From positions 66,838,001-66,902,000 of the forward strand of contig NC_058368.1 in NCBI RefSeq assembly GCF_018350175.1: DNA of 64,000 bases, given 5' to 3'. Position numbers and translations under genes: made by a program. Shown in pieces: positions 1 through 12,384 of this stretch (positions are counted from its first letter, which is position 1; each line of letters starts with the position of its first letter). Source of the stretch: Felis catus (taxonomy: Eukaryota). The notes under the pieces were generated by a model that did not search any database, had not been told where the DNA came from, and saw only the letters and a program-made list of their open reading frames with translations.

Positions 1-62
1 ATCAACGGTTGACTTAAAGTTTGACTAATAATATTACTTAAAAATATGCAAGCATATAACTA

Positions 63-224
63 GGGGCCCCTGGATGGCTTAGTCAGTTAAGCATCTGACT
101 TAATTTGGGCTCAGGTCATGATCTCGGGGTTCATGGGATAGAGCCCCAGTCTTTCAGCACAGACCCTGCTTGGGATTCTCTCTCTCTCTTTCTGCCCCTC
201 CCCTGGTCATGCATGCACTTGAGT

Positions 225-255
<31 letters not shown>

Positions 256-285
256 AAATAAACAGAAAATTAAAAAAAAAAAAAA
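63..285 (+). mobile_element. CanSINE (SINEC), diverged
   Basis: tRNA-like head ggggcccctggatggcttagtcagttaag, (CT)n tract, A-rich tail. Confidence 0.9.
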
Positions 286-566
286 CATAACTTCCTAATG
301 CTAATGGTCTCATTATAAGTCAAATATAATAAAAAATTTTAAATTCCAATTAGCAACATCAAAACAAGATGCTATTTTGCTGAAAAGATTATTGCAACCT
401 TGTAATATGTAAGATATGCTGATTGCCACAACACAGACTCTTTTTTAAAATTTGGCATATAATGCCTGCCGTGTGCTAGGTGACAATATAATTCTTCTAC
501 CATTTTTATCTTTCTTAGCTATTTTAATTTTACAGTATATTTGATTATCATTGAAAAGAAACATCT

Positions 567-689
567 GGGGCACCTGGGTGGCTCAGTTAGTTGAACGTCT
601 GACTCTTAATTTGGGCTCAGGTCATGATCCCAGCATCATGGGATTGAGCCCCTTGTTGGGCTCCTTGCTGAGCATGAAGCCTGCTTAAG

Positions 690-736
<47 letters not shown>

Positions 737-879
737 GTCTCTCTCTCTGTCCCTCTGCCCCTCTACCCCTGGTCATGCTCTGTCTCTCTCTGGAAAAGAA
801 AAGAAAAGAAAAGAAAAGAAAAGAAAAGAAAAGAAAAGAAAAGAAAAGAAAAGAAAAGAAAAGAAAAGAAAAGAAAAGA
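567..879 (+). mobile_element. CanSINE whose tail is a (GAAAA)n microsatellite
   Basis: Head ggggcacctgggtggctcag, (CT)n, then ~17 GAAAA units at 793-879. Confidence 0.9.
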
Positions 880-1226
880 TCAAACTATAAAACTGTTACG
901 CAGAATGCCCAACAATAAGGAAAGAAACATAGGCAGCATCCTGAACAAATGGTTTAGGCAGGATGGCGTCCAACATAGCAACATCCTTTTTAAAAAAAAT
1001 GCACGGTTAGAGATACAGTGACAGAATTCAGCCAACAATACCTAAAAGTCAGTCAGAGCAAATCAACCTTTAAAATAAAGATGACTGAAGACATCTTTTT
1101 CTGGGTAGGACTTAGGACTTTGTAATAATTTGATGAAACACTTTTCTAAATAATCACTTCTCATATTTACCAGTCACTTGCTCAGATATTTTGCTTTTTT
1201 TTTTTAATTTGAAACTAAGATATCGT

Positions 1227-1439
1227 GGGGCGCCTGGGTGGCGCAGTCGGTTAAGCGTCCGACTTCAGCCAGGTCACGATCTCGCGGTCCGTGAGTTCGA
1301 GCCCCGCGTCGGGCTCTGGGCTGATGGCTCAGAGCCTGGAGCCTGTTTCTGATTCTGTGTCTCCCTCTCTCTCTGCCCCTCCCCCGTTCATGCTTTGTCT
1401 CTCTCTGTCCCAAAAATAAACGTTGAAAAAAAAAAAAAA
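1227..1439 (+). mobile_element. Young SINEC_Fc-type SINE
   Basis: CpG-rich full-length body; 16-bp TSD gaaactaagatat(c/t)gt at 1211-1226 and 1440-1455. Confidence 0.95.
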
Positions 1440-1809
1440 GAAACTAAGATATTGTAAGAGAATATCTTAGTGGCCTCCTTTTATACCCACGAACTACTTC
1501 CTTTCTAAGTTGTGAAAAGCTTGTTGCAAAGCATCTGTCCTTTATTCAAAGGGCCTCACACCGTGTTCCACAATTGGCAGGATCCGCTCCCAGCTTACGT
1601 ACAAATTCCAGGGTGATTCAACTTGAATGAGATCTACGTTATCCCAAGGATTTCTACATTCACTGTTTTACATCCCAGAGATTTGCCAGCCAAACGCTGC
1701 TACCTGTATTCCCGATATTCACATAAGTGGGTTTTGACTTTTGACAGCTATTCATTTCATTTGTCTTTCACTTGGGAAATTTTTATTGATGCTTCCAGTA
1801 ACAATTTCT

Positions 1810-2033
1810 TTTTTTTTTTTTAACGTTTTTTTAAATTTATTATTGAGAGATGGAGACAGAGCATGAGCATGAGAGAGGCAGAGAGAGAGGGAGACACAGA
1901 ATCCGAAGCAGGCTCCAGGCTCTGAGCTGTCAGCAGAGAGCCCGACGCAGGGCTCGAACCCACCAACTGTGAGATCCTGACCTGAGCCGAAGTCAGATGC
2001 TCAACCAGTCGGACTGAGCCACCCAGGCGCCCC
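1810..2033 (-). mobile_element. SINEC_Fc-type SINE
   Basis: Reverse-strand SINE ending cccaggcgcccc; TSD core cagtaacaatttct on both sides. Confidence 0.95.
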
Positions 2034-2734
2034 TTCAGTAACAATTTCTAACTTAAGATGTCAATATCAAAGAATTGCCTCCTTTTTTTCTTTCATTTTC
2101 TTGGGAGAGTTTTCCCCCTCTTGGAGCTTTCCTGGTATTTTTCTGGAATTAATTCCACAAAGAAGAAATACCTTTCGAGGATCCACAATTGCAGCCATAG
2201 AAGATACGTGTTTGTTTGTTTGTTTGTTTTCGTTGGACAGTGTTATTTAAGTACATGCTCAAATTGGTATTTTATTCTAACAAACTGAGTCATCGTATTA
2301 ATAATCTAGAAGGCGTTATGAGCATGGGAGTGAACAACCTGTTTATATACATTTGAGATATCTGGGGGAAATTATAGTCCCACAATTGTCCTTAAAATGG
2401 TTTAGCATTTTTGCATATTTTAATTCCAATTCCACCCTAAATCCCTCATGAAAGATTTTTGTAAACATTTTTAAGAAGAAGCAAGCACAGAGAGACAAAT
2501 GTGTTTGACTGAGAACTTTTCGTAAGTCGCTGAGGCAAAATTCCAACTCCAGCCAGGTTCCTAGTGTTCCCACCACACGTGATAGAAGCTCACAGTCATC
2601 TCAGGGGATCCTGGCGCTCTGAGCAAAACGGCAAAGAGAAAGAAAAGTACAAAGAGAAGAGCATGAACTATTTTGTGAGCTTGCATTAATATAGAATATC
2701 CTAATCTGAGTGCTGCATTTAAATAAGTCATTTA

Positions 2735-2900
2735 TGCTGAGCCACAAATCAAGTCTTGGAAAATGTCAGACAATTGGTGTATTGATATATGTAGAACACA
2801 CAGAGACTATGTTATCCGACAACAGTCGTGAAGAGCTAAAACTCACAAGAAGTTAACTACAAAATCCTGAAACATCTGGAAATTAAGAAATACACCTCAA
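2735..2900 (+). mobile_element. Old L1 ORF2 (endonuclease-adjacent) fragment
   Basis: Degenerate resemblance to L1 (atgttatccgacaacag...tggaaattaagaaatacac). Confidence 0.5.
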
Positions 2901-3130
2901 GGGAGCCTGGGGGGCTTAGTCGGCTAAGCGTCCTCCTTCAGTTCAGGTCACGATCTCACAGTTCGTGGGTTCAAGCCCCAGGTCGATCTCTGTGCTGACA
3001 TCTCAGCGCCTGGAGCCTGCTTCTGATTCAGTCTGTGTCTCCCTCTCTCTGTGCCCCTCCTCCGCTCACACTCTGTTTCTCTCTGTCTCTTGAAAAATGA
3101 ATAAATGTTAAAAAACAAAAAAAAGAAAGA
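2901..3130 (+). mobile_element. CanSINE
   Basis: Full body; TSD aagaaa(t/g)acacctca at 2885-2899 and 3131-3145. Confidence 0.92.
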
Positions 3131-3149
3131 AAGAAAGACACCTCATAAA

Positions 3150-3315
3150 AGGCACAGCAGAGGGAATACAGTCAGTGACGTTGTAATAGTGTTGGATGGT
3201 AGGTGCTGGTGGGGAGCACAGCAAAATGGGTAGCGATGCTGAGTCACCAGGTTTTATAGCTGAGACTAAGGCATCATGTGTCAACTCAAATAATACACGT
3301 TTTTAAAAACATAAA
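3150..3315 (+). mobile_element. L1 3' end fragment (carnivore/L1MA-like)
   Basis: cacagcagagggaatacagtcagt...tgtgtcaact resembles the L1 3' UTR terminus, followed by A-rich sequence. Confidence 0.6.
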
Positions 3316-3339
3316 AACAAGTACACTTCAGTTGGACAT

Positions 3340-3925
3340 TCAGGTGAATGCCCTGATCATATCCTTAGCCCCATTTCTAATATTTCAGTAGTTTCTCTTT
3401 TTAACATCAATTCATGCAAGTTCTTTATGTATTCAGCATACTAATTTTTTGCCCTGTATGTATGTTGAAAATCGTTTATTTCAGACTTTTCTTGTGACTT
3501 TTTTTTGTCACGTAGAGGTTTTAACTTTTACGTAGTCAGCTTTGTCATGTTTTTCTCACGATTTTTGTTTTTATATCTTAGTGGATAAATCCTGTTCTGT
3601 CTTGAGGTCATAAAATTATTTTTCTACAATTTAATATGTAACTTTTTTTCAGGTTCAGGTTGTTAAGATATCTGAGGTTTGTAACCTATGGGGTGAAATA
3701 GGAACCAGAGTTCCCGTTTTTTCATGTGGAAAACCAACTGTCTCAACACCCAGGTGTAAAGTCCTACATTTACCTCTCTGTTTCCAGATCCTCCATCCTT
3801 GCCACTGATTCATCTATCCATCCTTACCCTAATATTTCCCCCTCTTAATTTCTATAACTTCATAATAAGGCTTACCAACTGGTGACATTAGTCTTGCCCT
3901 GCATCGGAATTATCTTGGTATAGCA
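3340..3925 (-). mobile_element. Old L1 (L1M) fragment
   Basis: T-rich antisense L1 motifs (agttctttatgtattc, aaccaactgtctcaacacc). Confidence 0.6.
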
Positions 3926-3959
3926 GTCAGATGTGGGGGAAGAAAAGCATACTATAAAC

Positions 3960-4150
3960 TTTTTTTTTGAGAGATAGACAGAGGGGGAGGGGCAGAAAAA
4001 GAGGAGAGACAGAATCCCAAGCAGGCCTCCACACCCCCACCCCACCAGCTGCCAAGCCCAGCGCAGGGCTCGAACTCACAAACCATGAGATCATGACCTG
4101 AGCTGGAACCAAGAGTCAGTGTCTTAACCAACTGAGCCACCCAGGTGCCC
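3960..4150 (-). mobile_element. CanSINE
   Basis: Poly-T, gagacagaatcccaagcaggc, ends ccaggtgccc. Confidence 0.9.
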
Positions 4151-4247
4151 AAGTGTTCTATACATTTAATGATTAATCTCGGTCTTTTAGGGAGACTGTG
4201 CCTCTGGATTATGACTTTTACAGGTGTTTCTCAGCTTCCCCCCCCCC

Positions 4248-4388
4248 TTTTTAAATTCTTTTTTAATATTTATCTTTGAGAGGGAGAGAGAGAGACAGAG
4301 CACAAGCAGGGGGAGGGGGCGCAGAGAGAGACAGAGACAGAGAGACAGAATCCGAAGCAGGCTCCAGGCTCTGAGCTGTCAGCACAGC
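4248..4388 (-). mobile_element. 5'-truncated CanSINE
   Basis: Only the tail, (GA)n and 3' half of the body are present; tRNA-like head is absent. Confidence 0.85.
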
Positions 4389-4441
4389 TGGGATGAGGCT
4401 CTGGGAAAGTCTTTTACTCCACAGAGAATATCCTATGTGTA

Positions 4442-4889
4442 TAGTAGGCCCCCTCATCCATGGGCGGCATGTTCCAAGACCCCCAGGGCATGCCTGAAGC
4501 CATAGATAACACTGAACCCCAGATGTACTGTGTTTTTCCCATACAAACATACCTATGACAAAGTTTCATTTATAAATTAGGCACAGTAAGAGAGTAACAA
4601 AAAGAGCTAATAATAAACGAGAACAAGGGCAACAGTGTACTGTGATAAGAGGTAAATAAATGTGGCCTCTCTCTCAAAACATCTTATTGTGCGACACTCA
4701 CCCTTCTTCTGGCGATGATGGGAGGTGATGAAATGCCGACTGGACAAGACGAAGTGAGGTGAAGGACACAGGCGTCGCAAAGCAGCACGGGGCTGCTATT
4801 TTCCTTCTGACTTTTTGTCTTCCCGACTGAGGTTGACTGTGGGTAATGCGACCGCGGAAAGCAAAACCACGAATATGGGAGAACTATTG
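4442..4889. mobile_element. MER44/Tigger7-like non-autonomous TcMar-Tigger DNA transposon
   Basis: Degenerate TIRs (tagtaggccccctcatccatgg / ccacgaatatgggagaactattg) flanked by TA at 4440-4441 and 4890-4891; internal ataaattaggcacagtaagaga. Confidence 0.85.
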
Positions 4890-5104
4890 TATTTCACCAG
4901 GAGTACTCTTCCCCTCCCCTGCCAGAGCCATGAGATCTTTCTAGATCTCCACTGTGAGACCCCGATGGAGTTCCCGGAAGGAATGAAAAGTGTTTGCCAC
5001 CCCCCATCCCAAGATACAGCCTCCAGGGGTTGCTGGCTCTCAGACCAATCCACCTGCAGCCTCCAGAAGTTTGTCAACATTGTCATTTCAACTGAAGAAA
5101 CCAC

Positions 5105-5290
5105 CAAAAATAAAATACGCAGGGACAAGGAGATGAAAAATATAAGAGAAGCCAAAGGATGAGGAAGGTAGCCTGAAGAGCTTCCAATTTCAGGTCTAAC
5201 AAAAGTTCCAGGAGGAAAGAACTTCTAGAATTGAAGAAAGATAAGAGTCTTTTCATTGAAAGAGCTTCCCATGGATTCCGAAGTAATCTC
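5105..5290 (+). mobile_element. Old L1 ORF1 fragment (L1ME-like)
   Basis: gacaaggagatgaaaaatataagag...gaattgaagaaagataagagtcttttcattgaaagagc. Confidence 0.55.
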
Positions 5291-5331
5291 AATAACGTGA
5301 GGGTTGAAAGAGTTTAAAGACAAACGATTCT

Positions 5332-5520
5332 GGGGCACCCAGGTGGCTCAGTCAGTTAAGCACCTGACTTCAGCTCAGGTCATGATCTCATGGTTCGTGG
5401 GTTCAATCGAGCCCAGCATTGGGCTCTGTGCTGTCAGTGAAGAGGCTGCATCAAATCCTCTGTCCTTCTCTCTCTGTCCCTAACCCACTCACACACTCTG
5501 TCTCAAAGATAAACGAACAC
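5332..5520 (+). mobile_element. CanSINE
   Basis: Full body; TSD acaaacgattc at 5320-5330 and 5530-5540. Confidence 0.9.
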
Positions 5521-5739
5521 TGGTTTTATACAAACGATTCATTAAAGATATACAGACACAAAAGAATAGAGAGAGAATATAAACCAGAGAAATAGGAAAC
5601 GTCAATGATTGATGGGGAGGGTAAGAAGACAATGGAGTGGAGGAAAGTTACAGTCAAGAGTACCCAGAAAGCTCAGATCAAAGAAGCCTAATGTGCACGC
5701 GGATTTAGTATGAAGGAAACAAAGCGTGAAGGGCTACAG

Positions 5740-5882
5740 AGCATGAGAAGAACCTTAGAACTGAGAAAAGGCCACGAAACTTGCCAAGAAGTAGGTCATT
5801 TGTGATTTTAAAGTCAGTCATTTCCGTACAGGGATGATGGCCGTGGACATGATGTAGAATATGAAGGAAATGAGTAGGAAGA
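5740..5882 (-). mobile_element. L2 fragment
   Basis: actgagaaaaggccacgaaacttgccaagaagtaggtcatttgtga resembles antisense L2. Confidence 0.55.
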
Positions 5883-5980
5883 AATCTAAGAATTCTAATC
5901 GTATTTTCTTGAGATTCTGGGAGCCTAAGTATATCAGTCACTGTTAATGTGAAATAAAGTTGTTTCATCTCTGAATTTAG

Positions 5981-5981
<1 letters not shown>

Positions 5982-6019
<38 letters not shown>
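5982..6019. repeat. (TA)n microsatellite
   Basis: ~18 perfect TA units. Confidence 0.95.
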
Positions 6020-6022
<3 letters not shown>

Positions 6023-7039
6023 ACTATAACTCGTCCTTTTCTGTAAATAACTACCGCATTTAACTGAGGCAGAAAAAGGCAGATGCGACAGAAAGGACAC
6101 CGCCCTGGACATGTAGAGATAGGCAATCCCATTCTGGTTTATCTGAGAGTGAGACCCCAGTCAAGGCCATATCCAGAGAAGGGAAGTTTAGACTGACTGG
6201 CTCCCAGGAATTGGCAGAGGCACCTTGGTAAGCCACCAAATTTCAATTACTGTGACAACTGAACTTTGGTAACAATTCACATTTCACAGCGTCTCTCTTG
6301 GGCTGTGTTGTGCCAAATTGGTCACGTGATAAAACAGATACTAGAGGGCTGCTCTCTGCAAGTAACTGGTAAACACATTAGGTAACAACAAGCCACCATC
6401 AAAGAAAATCACATGTTTCTTCAGTCTGTGAGAACTCTGTCTCATGAGTATGTGGACTATCTGGGGCTCTTTTCAGTCACTAATCCAGGAATGAAGGCTG
6501 ACCACACGCGTGGATCTCTTTACGCACCTGGTAAAACAATGATATTCTGTAGCTGGGATTATAGTTACAATTACTACTGTCTTCTTTGTGTCTTTAACTC
6601 ATTCAGTTCCCTTAAGTAGAATAACCAGAAACTGTGTGGTGAGCACAAAATGATTCATAACTACTGGATTTAATCACCACTGAGACCCATTCCAGCCAGA
6701 ATATTCTGTCAGTTTAAGACAACATGCTCCAGTTTTGATGTCCATTAGAAATCAATCCCTCTATTTCAAAAGACTGAGGTAGGTGTTTTTTAAAAAAAAA
6801 TCTGTTTTTTACTTTGATGAATTTAGAGCATCAAACAAGTCTATCCCAAGAATAATTTTTGGCTCAGGATCTATTACATTTTCACTTGATCAAAAGAAGA
6901 TTAAGTTCTTTCCACACTCTTTTACTCTCGCCTTGTGTTTTTGTTTTTTGGAGACATGCCAACACATGTAAATACCTATGTTAGACCACTGATATTACCA
7001 CCCTTTTTGAAAAAATGGCCTGTTATTTAAAGAAACACC

Positions 7040-8130
7040 TCACCAAAGAAGACGTAAGCAAACCAAAACTACCTCGAGATACCACTGCACCTTAATACAA
7101 GGACTAAAAATTTCAATTGATCATACCAACGTTCACAATAATGCGCAAGAGGTAGAACTCTCACACACAGCTGGTGAGAAGGTAAAATAGTGCAACCACT
7201 TAGGAAAACGTTTAGAAAGTTTCATAAAAGGTTAAACATACAGGGTATCCCCTGACCCAGCCATGCTTCTCCTAGGAATTTGTCCAAGAGAAATAGAGAC
7301 GTATGTCCTTAGAAAAACTCGTACCCACATATTCTGAGCAAGTTTATTTGTAGTCATCGAGAGCTGGAAATAATCCAAATGTCCATCAGCAGGCAGATGA
7401 ACAAACAAACTGTGGAATACCTAAGCGATGGGATAATCTTCACCAACCAAAACAATGACTTTTGACACATACTACAACATGGATAGTTATAACTTAATTA
7501 TGCCGAGTAAGAGTGCACAGGGTATAACTTGATTTATATAAAATTCTAGAACATGCAAACTAATATATGCATGACACAAAGCACCTCATCAGTTGGGGGT
7601 CAGAGGGACCAGAGGGGGGGATCTTTATTTATTTATGTTATCAAATAGGAAGGCGTAGAGTTGTTCGTGACATTCCTTTATGATCCTTTGATGCACAGGG
7701 GGAATTTCTTTTTTATTTTTTTACACTTTTTAATGTTTTTTATTTATTCTTGAGAGAGAGAGAGAGAGAGACAGAGACAGAGCATGAGCAGAGGAGAGGC
7801 AGAGACAGAAGAAAGCACAGAATCCAAAAGCAGGCTCCAGGCTCTGAACTGTCAGCACAGAACTGATGCGGGACTTGACTCACGAACCATGAGATCATGA
7901 CCTGAGCCAAAGTTGGATCCTCAACAGACTGAGCCACCCAGGCACCCTACAGAGGGGGAGTTTTTAAAAGGCACAAGAAAACTTTTGGTGGAGTGATGAA
8001 TACGGTCACTATCTTGATGGTGACCATGGTTTCACAGGTACAAATGTCAAAACTTATCCAGTTATACAATCACTTTATTTTATGCAGTTTATTGTGTGCT
8101 AATTATACCGCCAAAGATCCATTTAAAAAA
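7040..8130 (+). mobile_element. Old L1 (L1MC/ME-like) 3' region, interrupted
   Basis: gaactctcacacacagctggtgagaaggtaaaatagtgcaaccact, ccaaatgtccatcagcagg; resumes after the SINE at ~7970. Confidence 0.8.
7708..7947 (-). mobile_element. CanSINE inside L1
   Basis: Poly-T, (GA)n, ends ccaggcaccc. Confidence 0.9.
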
Positions 8131-8149
8131 AGGAAGAGTCATTACCGCC

Positions 8150-8300
8150 AAGTGCTGTTGATAAGATTAAATGAATTAATACTGACGTGTAGTAAAGCCC
8201 TCAGTAAATGTTAGCTACTACTATTATTATCATCAGCAGCCAAATGGGGACGTTGATGGATCCCACCTCACTGGATTGGGCGCAGAACTGAGTCAGCGCC
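8150..8300 (+). mobile_element. MIR fragments
   Basis: gattaaatgaattaatac...ctcagtaaatgttagctactac. Confidence 0.6.
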
Positions 8301-8665
8301 CCACAGGGGCTCGGCGGGTATCTTCAGCAGGTGAGGGCAGTGGGTAGAGAGTGTTGTTGTTCTTATTGTTATTTTCTTCTTCACAATACTTAAATAGCCC
8401 TTTTACCGTCCAAGCACTTTGAGGGGTCTTCGCTTCGTCTAGTTTCCCGCTAGCTCCGCCAGGTAGGTCCAGACAGGGCCGAACATTACATCTAGGTCAC
8501 CGTAGGTGTGCCACCGACCATTTTTGTCCGGATCCCTGGCTCCTCCTTCTAATGACGGAGGCAATGTCTGTTCCTTGAGAGTACCTTTTGAGGAGCCACT
8601 GTTTCTGGGTTCCGTGGGATGCAGAGGTGTAAGCTCTTGTTCTGGTCTTAAGAAAATGCAGCCTC

Positions 8666-8868
8666 GGGGCATCCGGGTGGCTCAGCCAGTTAAGCATCTT
8701 GATTTCTCATAGGTCACGATCTCACACTTCATGGGATCAAGCCCCACATCGGGGTCTGTGCTGGCAGCACGGAGCCTGATAGAGATTCTCTCTCTCCCTT
8801 GCTCTCTGCCCCTCCCCTGCTCACTCTCTCTCAAAATAAATACATAAACATTAAAAAAGAAAAGAAAA
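8666..8868 (+). mobile_element. CanSINE (first of tandem pair)
   Basis: Full body and tail; outer TSD aaaatg(c/t)agcctc at 8653-8665 and 9087-9099. Confidence 0.9.
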
Positions 8869-9086
8869 GGGGCGCCCGGGTGGTTCGGTGAGTTAAGCGT
8901 CCGACTTCAGCTCAGGTCACGATCTCGCGGTCTGTGGGTTCGAGCCCTGCAATGAACTCTGTGCTGACAGCTTGGAGCCTGGAGCCTGCTTCGGATTCTG
9001 TGTCTCCCTCTCTCTCTCTGCCCCTCCCCCTCTCACGCTCTGTCTCTCAAAAATAAACATTAAAAATTTTTTTAAAAAAAGAAGAA
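8869..9086 (+). mobile_element. SINEC_Fc-type SINE in the A-tail of the preceding SINE
   Basis: Head ggggcgcccgggtggttcgg directly after the A-tail. Confidence 0.92.
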
Positions 9087-9129
9087 AAAATGTAGCCTCA
9101 TCGAGGAGACGTGGCATGCAGTTCAATGT

Positions 9130-9260
9130 CAATAGCATTTACCAGTCCTTATCCCGCGCTGGGCCCAGCACTACACACACTTCCTAAGCGTTTCTCACTT
9201 AAGCCTCAGAACAACCCTGCATGTGGGTATTATAATCAGCATTATTGTTAAGATTATGAT
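9130..9260 (-). mobile_element. MIR
   Basis: tctcacttaagcctcagaacaaccctgcatgtgggtattat. Confidence 0.6.
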
Positions 9261-9889
9261 TTTGCATGATGAGACATTAAAACAATCTCCAAACCATAAT
9301 CTCAAAGTCCTTCAACTAGAAAGCTGGTCCATTGGCTCTTACCGGTTTCTTCCTGGAGCTGAGAACTATCACAGGCCCTTCTTGTGAGCGCCTGGGACGA
9401 GTTAGCCATAGCTCTTGCAAGGGCAAGGAGAGAGAATCTCAGTGAATTCATTCCAAGTACTTTTGTCTACGCAAGAGGTGCTTGGGAGTCCCTGGCTTTG
9501 CCTTTTGGTGCCGCTTAGATTTAATTTCGAACCCCTCAGTGTCCTCACATCCTTAGGTGGTTCTGATCATTATTAAATGTTCGTTTCGGTGTATAACTTC
9601 CTATTTATGACCACATGTTAAATGTTTAGCATCTAATATAACCCAGGGGGAAATTCATGTGGTTAATGTCTCAGAGGATTACGGCAAGCCTCGGTGCTCC
9701 AACCCTTGACCAGGAAGGAAACAGCGAGGCTCTGCCCGGGCAGTGCTACAGAAAGTTCGATTTTGAAACATGCAACTTGGCAGGTTCAAAAAATCGTTTC
9801 AAACGAAAGGACTCTGCTCCGGCTTAAGGCCTTTCTTAATAAGAAATTGCTCACCTCGGAGAGTTGCAATAACATATTTTCACCTGCAT

Positions 9890-10015
9890 GCGTGACGGCC
9901 TTTCCTCACCTCTAAGGTCGCATCTGCAGAATGGGTGGATTCCCTCTAACACGCCTACTCCGCAGGGATGTCATGAGGATCCAGTGTGATCATGCCCATG
10001 GGAATGCTTTGAAAA
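9890..10015 (+). mobile_element. MIR
   Basis: catctgcagaatggg...gggatgtcatgaggatccagtgtgat. Confidence 0.55.
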
Positions 10016-10189
10016 AAAAGCAAATAGGAGAGAAAATTAACATGGCATTATTGCTGATATAAAGAACGATGGTAAAGATGATGTTTCCTTTTGTATTAAG
10101 GTGAACACTTAGCCCACCTTCTACCGGTTGGCGGAAGCCTGGCCATCTGTTTCTGGAGTGTGATTTCTTTAGGGATGTTAGCTTTAATT

Positions 10190-10382
10190 AATTTATTTAT
10201 TTATTTTTAAGTTTTATTTTATTTTTGAGGGGGGGTGGGCAGAGGAGGGGCAGAGAGAGAGGGGCACAGTGGACTGGAAGTGGGCTCTGTGCTGATAGCA
10301 TTGAGCTGGATGCAGGGCTCAAACCCACAAACCATGAGATCCCAAGTCCTACGCTCAACCGACCGAGCCACCCGTGTACCCC
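10190..10382 (-). mobile_element. CanSINE
   Basis: TSD tagctttaatt at 10179-10189 and 10383-10393. Confidence 0.9.
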
Positions 10383-11679
10383 TAGCTTTAATTTAAACAT
10401 GATCTTGAAAAACAAAACAAAACAAAACAAAAAAACATGACCTTGAGCAGGTGCTCAGACTATTCGGAGTTGTTTATATCTCTGCAAGGATGAAAAGTGA
10501 AGGGACTCACCCATTCCTCCTTCCTTTCCCTCTGGGGAATCACGGAGAAGAGGAGAGGATGGCATGAAGCCAAGTGCCATCAGAAGCCAGATTTTAATTT
10601 AGATGGCTTGACACATTAAGTAAAACCTTCAGAAAAACTCCTTATTCTTGTTAGGGCTCAGTTTTCTCTCTCAGTTTCAGCGAGAGCAGGTGTGACGTTC
10701 CAAATTTGTAAAAATTCCAACATTTCATCGCAGTTATTTGCCAGGTAATAATTACAACAGTGGTCAAAGAGGGGGTTCTCGCCTGTTTACGAACAGGGAA
10801 GCAGATAGAGGGAGCCAAGTGATTGGCCCGAAGTTCACATGGAACCGTCAGGTGCCAAAGCCAAGCCTCCTTCTTCCGGTCTCTCTAGAGGGTGCAATGA
10901 GCCCACCATGTCAGCCCAGATGTCCCCACCTACCGCGTGTCCAAAGCCTCTCTCGAGCCATGATTCTTATTCACACGCATTAGAATCACCGCACTTTTTA
11001 AAAAATTCAAAACCACAGCGAGATACCCATTAAGATGCGTACCAACAAACAAATAAACGAGCAAACAGAAAAGAACAAGCGTTGGTGACGACGTGGGGAA
11101 ATTGAGTCCCTTGCACCCTTTTGGCGGGAATGTAAAATGGTACAGCCTCTATTGACAACACATGGAGGCTCTTCCTCAAAAAATCAAACTACGTGTTCCA
11201 GCCAGTCCACTCAGGTATGTATACAGAAGAATTGGAAACAGGATCTCAGAGAGGTAATTGTACACCCCTGTCCACTGCAGCATCATCCACAACAGCCAAA
11301 AGGGGGAAGTAACCTAAGTGTCCATCAATAGATGAGCGGATACACAAAATGTGGCGCATCCATACAACTGAATATTAGCTTGAAAAGCAAAGGAAATTCT
11401 GACGCACGCTGCAACATGGGAAAACTTTGAGAACATTAGGCTAAATGAAACAAGCTAGACACAAAAGGACAAATACCGTATGATTCCACTTACGTGAGGT
11501 ATCAAAGTAGTCAAATGCATAGAGACAGCCACGGGACTGGGAGGAGAGGTGAAAGAGAAGTTACTGTTTAATGAGAATCGAGCCTCAGTTCTGCAAGGTG
11601 AGTTCTGGAAAAGGATGGTAGTCGTGGCTGCAGGACCAGGCCACTGTACTTAATGTCACTGAACTGAACACTTAAAAAT

Positions 11680-11891
11680 GGCACCTGGGTGGCCCAACCG
11701 GTTATGCACCCAACATCGGCTCAGGTCATGATCTCGAGGTCCGTGAGTTCGAGCCCCGCATCGGGCTCTGTGCTGACAGCTTGGAGCCTGGAGTCTGCTT
11801 TGGGTTCTGTGTCTCCCTCTCTCTCTGCCCCTCCCCTGCTCATGCTCCGTCTCTCTCTGTCTCAAAAATAAATAAAAACATTGAAAAATTT
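11680..11891 (+). mobile_element. SINEC_Fc-type SINE
   Basis: TSD ttaaaaatggc at 11672-11682 and 11892-11902. Confidence 0.92.
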
Positions 11892-11909
11892 TTAAAAATG
11901 GCTAACACA

Positions 11910-12050
11910 GGGGTGCCTGGGCGGCTCAGTCAGTTAAGCGTCTGACTCTTGGTTTCAGCTCAGGTCATGATTCAAGCCCCACATTGGAATTCTCTCTCTC
12001 CCTCTCTCTCTCTCTACCCATCCCGCACATGCACACACACACACACACAC

Positions 12051-12087
<37 letters not shown>

Positions 12088-12099
12088 ATAAATAAACAT
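11910..12099 (+). mobile_element. CanSINE with internal deletion and (CA)n(CT)n
   Basis: Head ggggtgcctgggcggctcag, shortened body, A-tail. Confidence 0.88.
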
Positions 12100-12166
12100 T
12101 TAAAATTGGCTAATATGATCAATTTTATTTTATGTGTGTTTTCTCACAATTCAAAAATAATTTTTT

Positions 12167-12384
12167 TTTAATTTTTTTAACGTTTTTATTTTATTTTTGA
12201 GACAGAGAGAGACAGAGCATGAACGGGGGAGGGGCAGAGAGAGAGGAAGACACAGAATCTGAAACAGGCTCCGGGCTCTGAGCTGTCAGCACAGAGCCCG
12301 ACGCGGGGCTCGAACTCACGGACCGTGAGATCCTGACCTGAGCCAAAGTCGGACGCTTAACCGACTGAGCCACCCAGGCGCCCC
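12167..12384 (-). mobile_element. SINEC_Fc-type SINE
   Basis: CpG-rich; TSD caaaaataatttttt at 12152-12166 and 12385-12399. Confidence 0.95.

Larger units (their letters stand above)
11005..12160 (+). mobile_element. L1MB-like 3' end, interrupted by SINEs
   Basis: gggaatgtaaaatggtacagcc, acaaaaggacaaataccgtatgattccactta, actgaactgaacacttaaaaatgg; resumes at 12100-12160. Confidence 0.9.
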
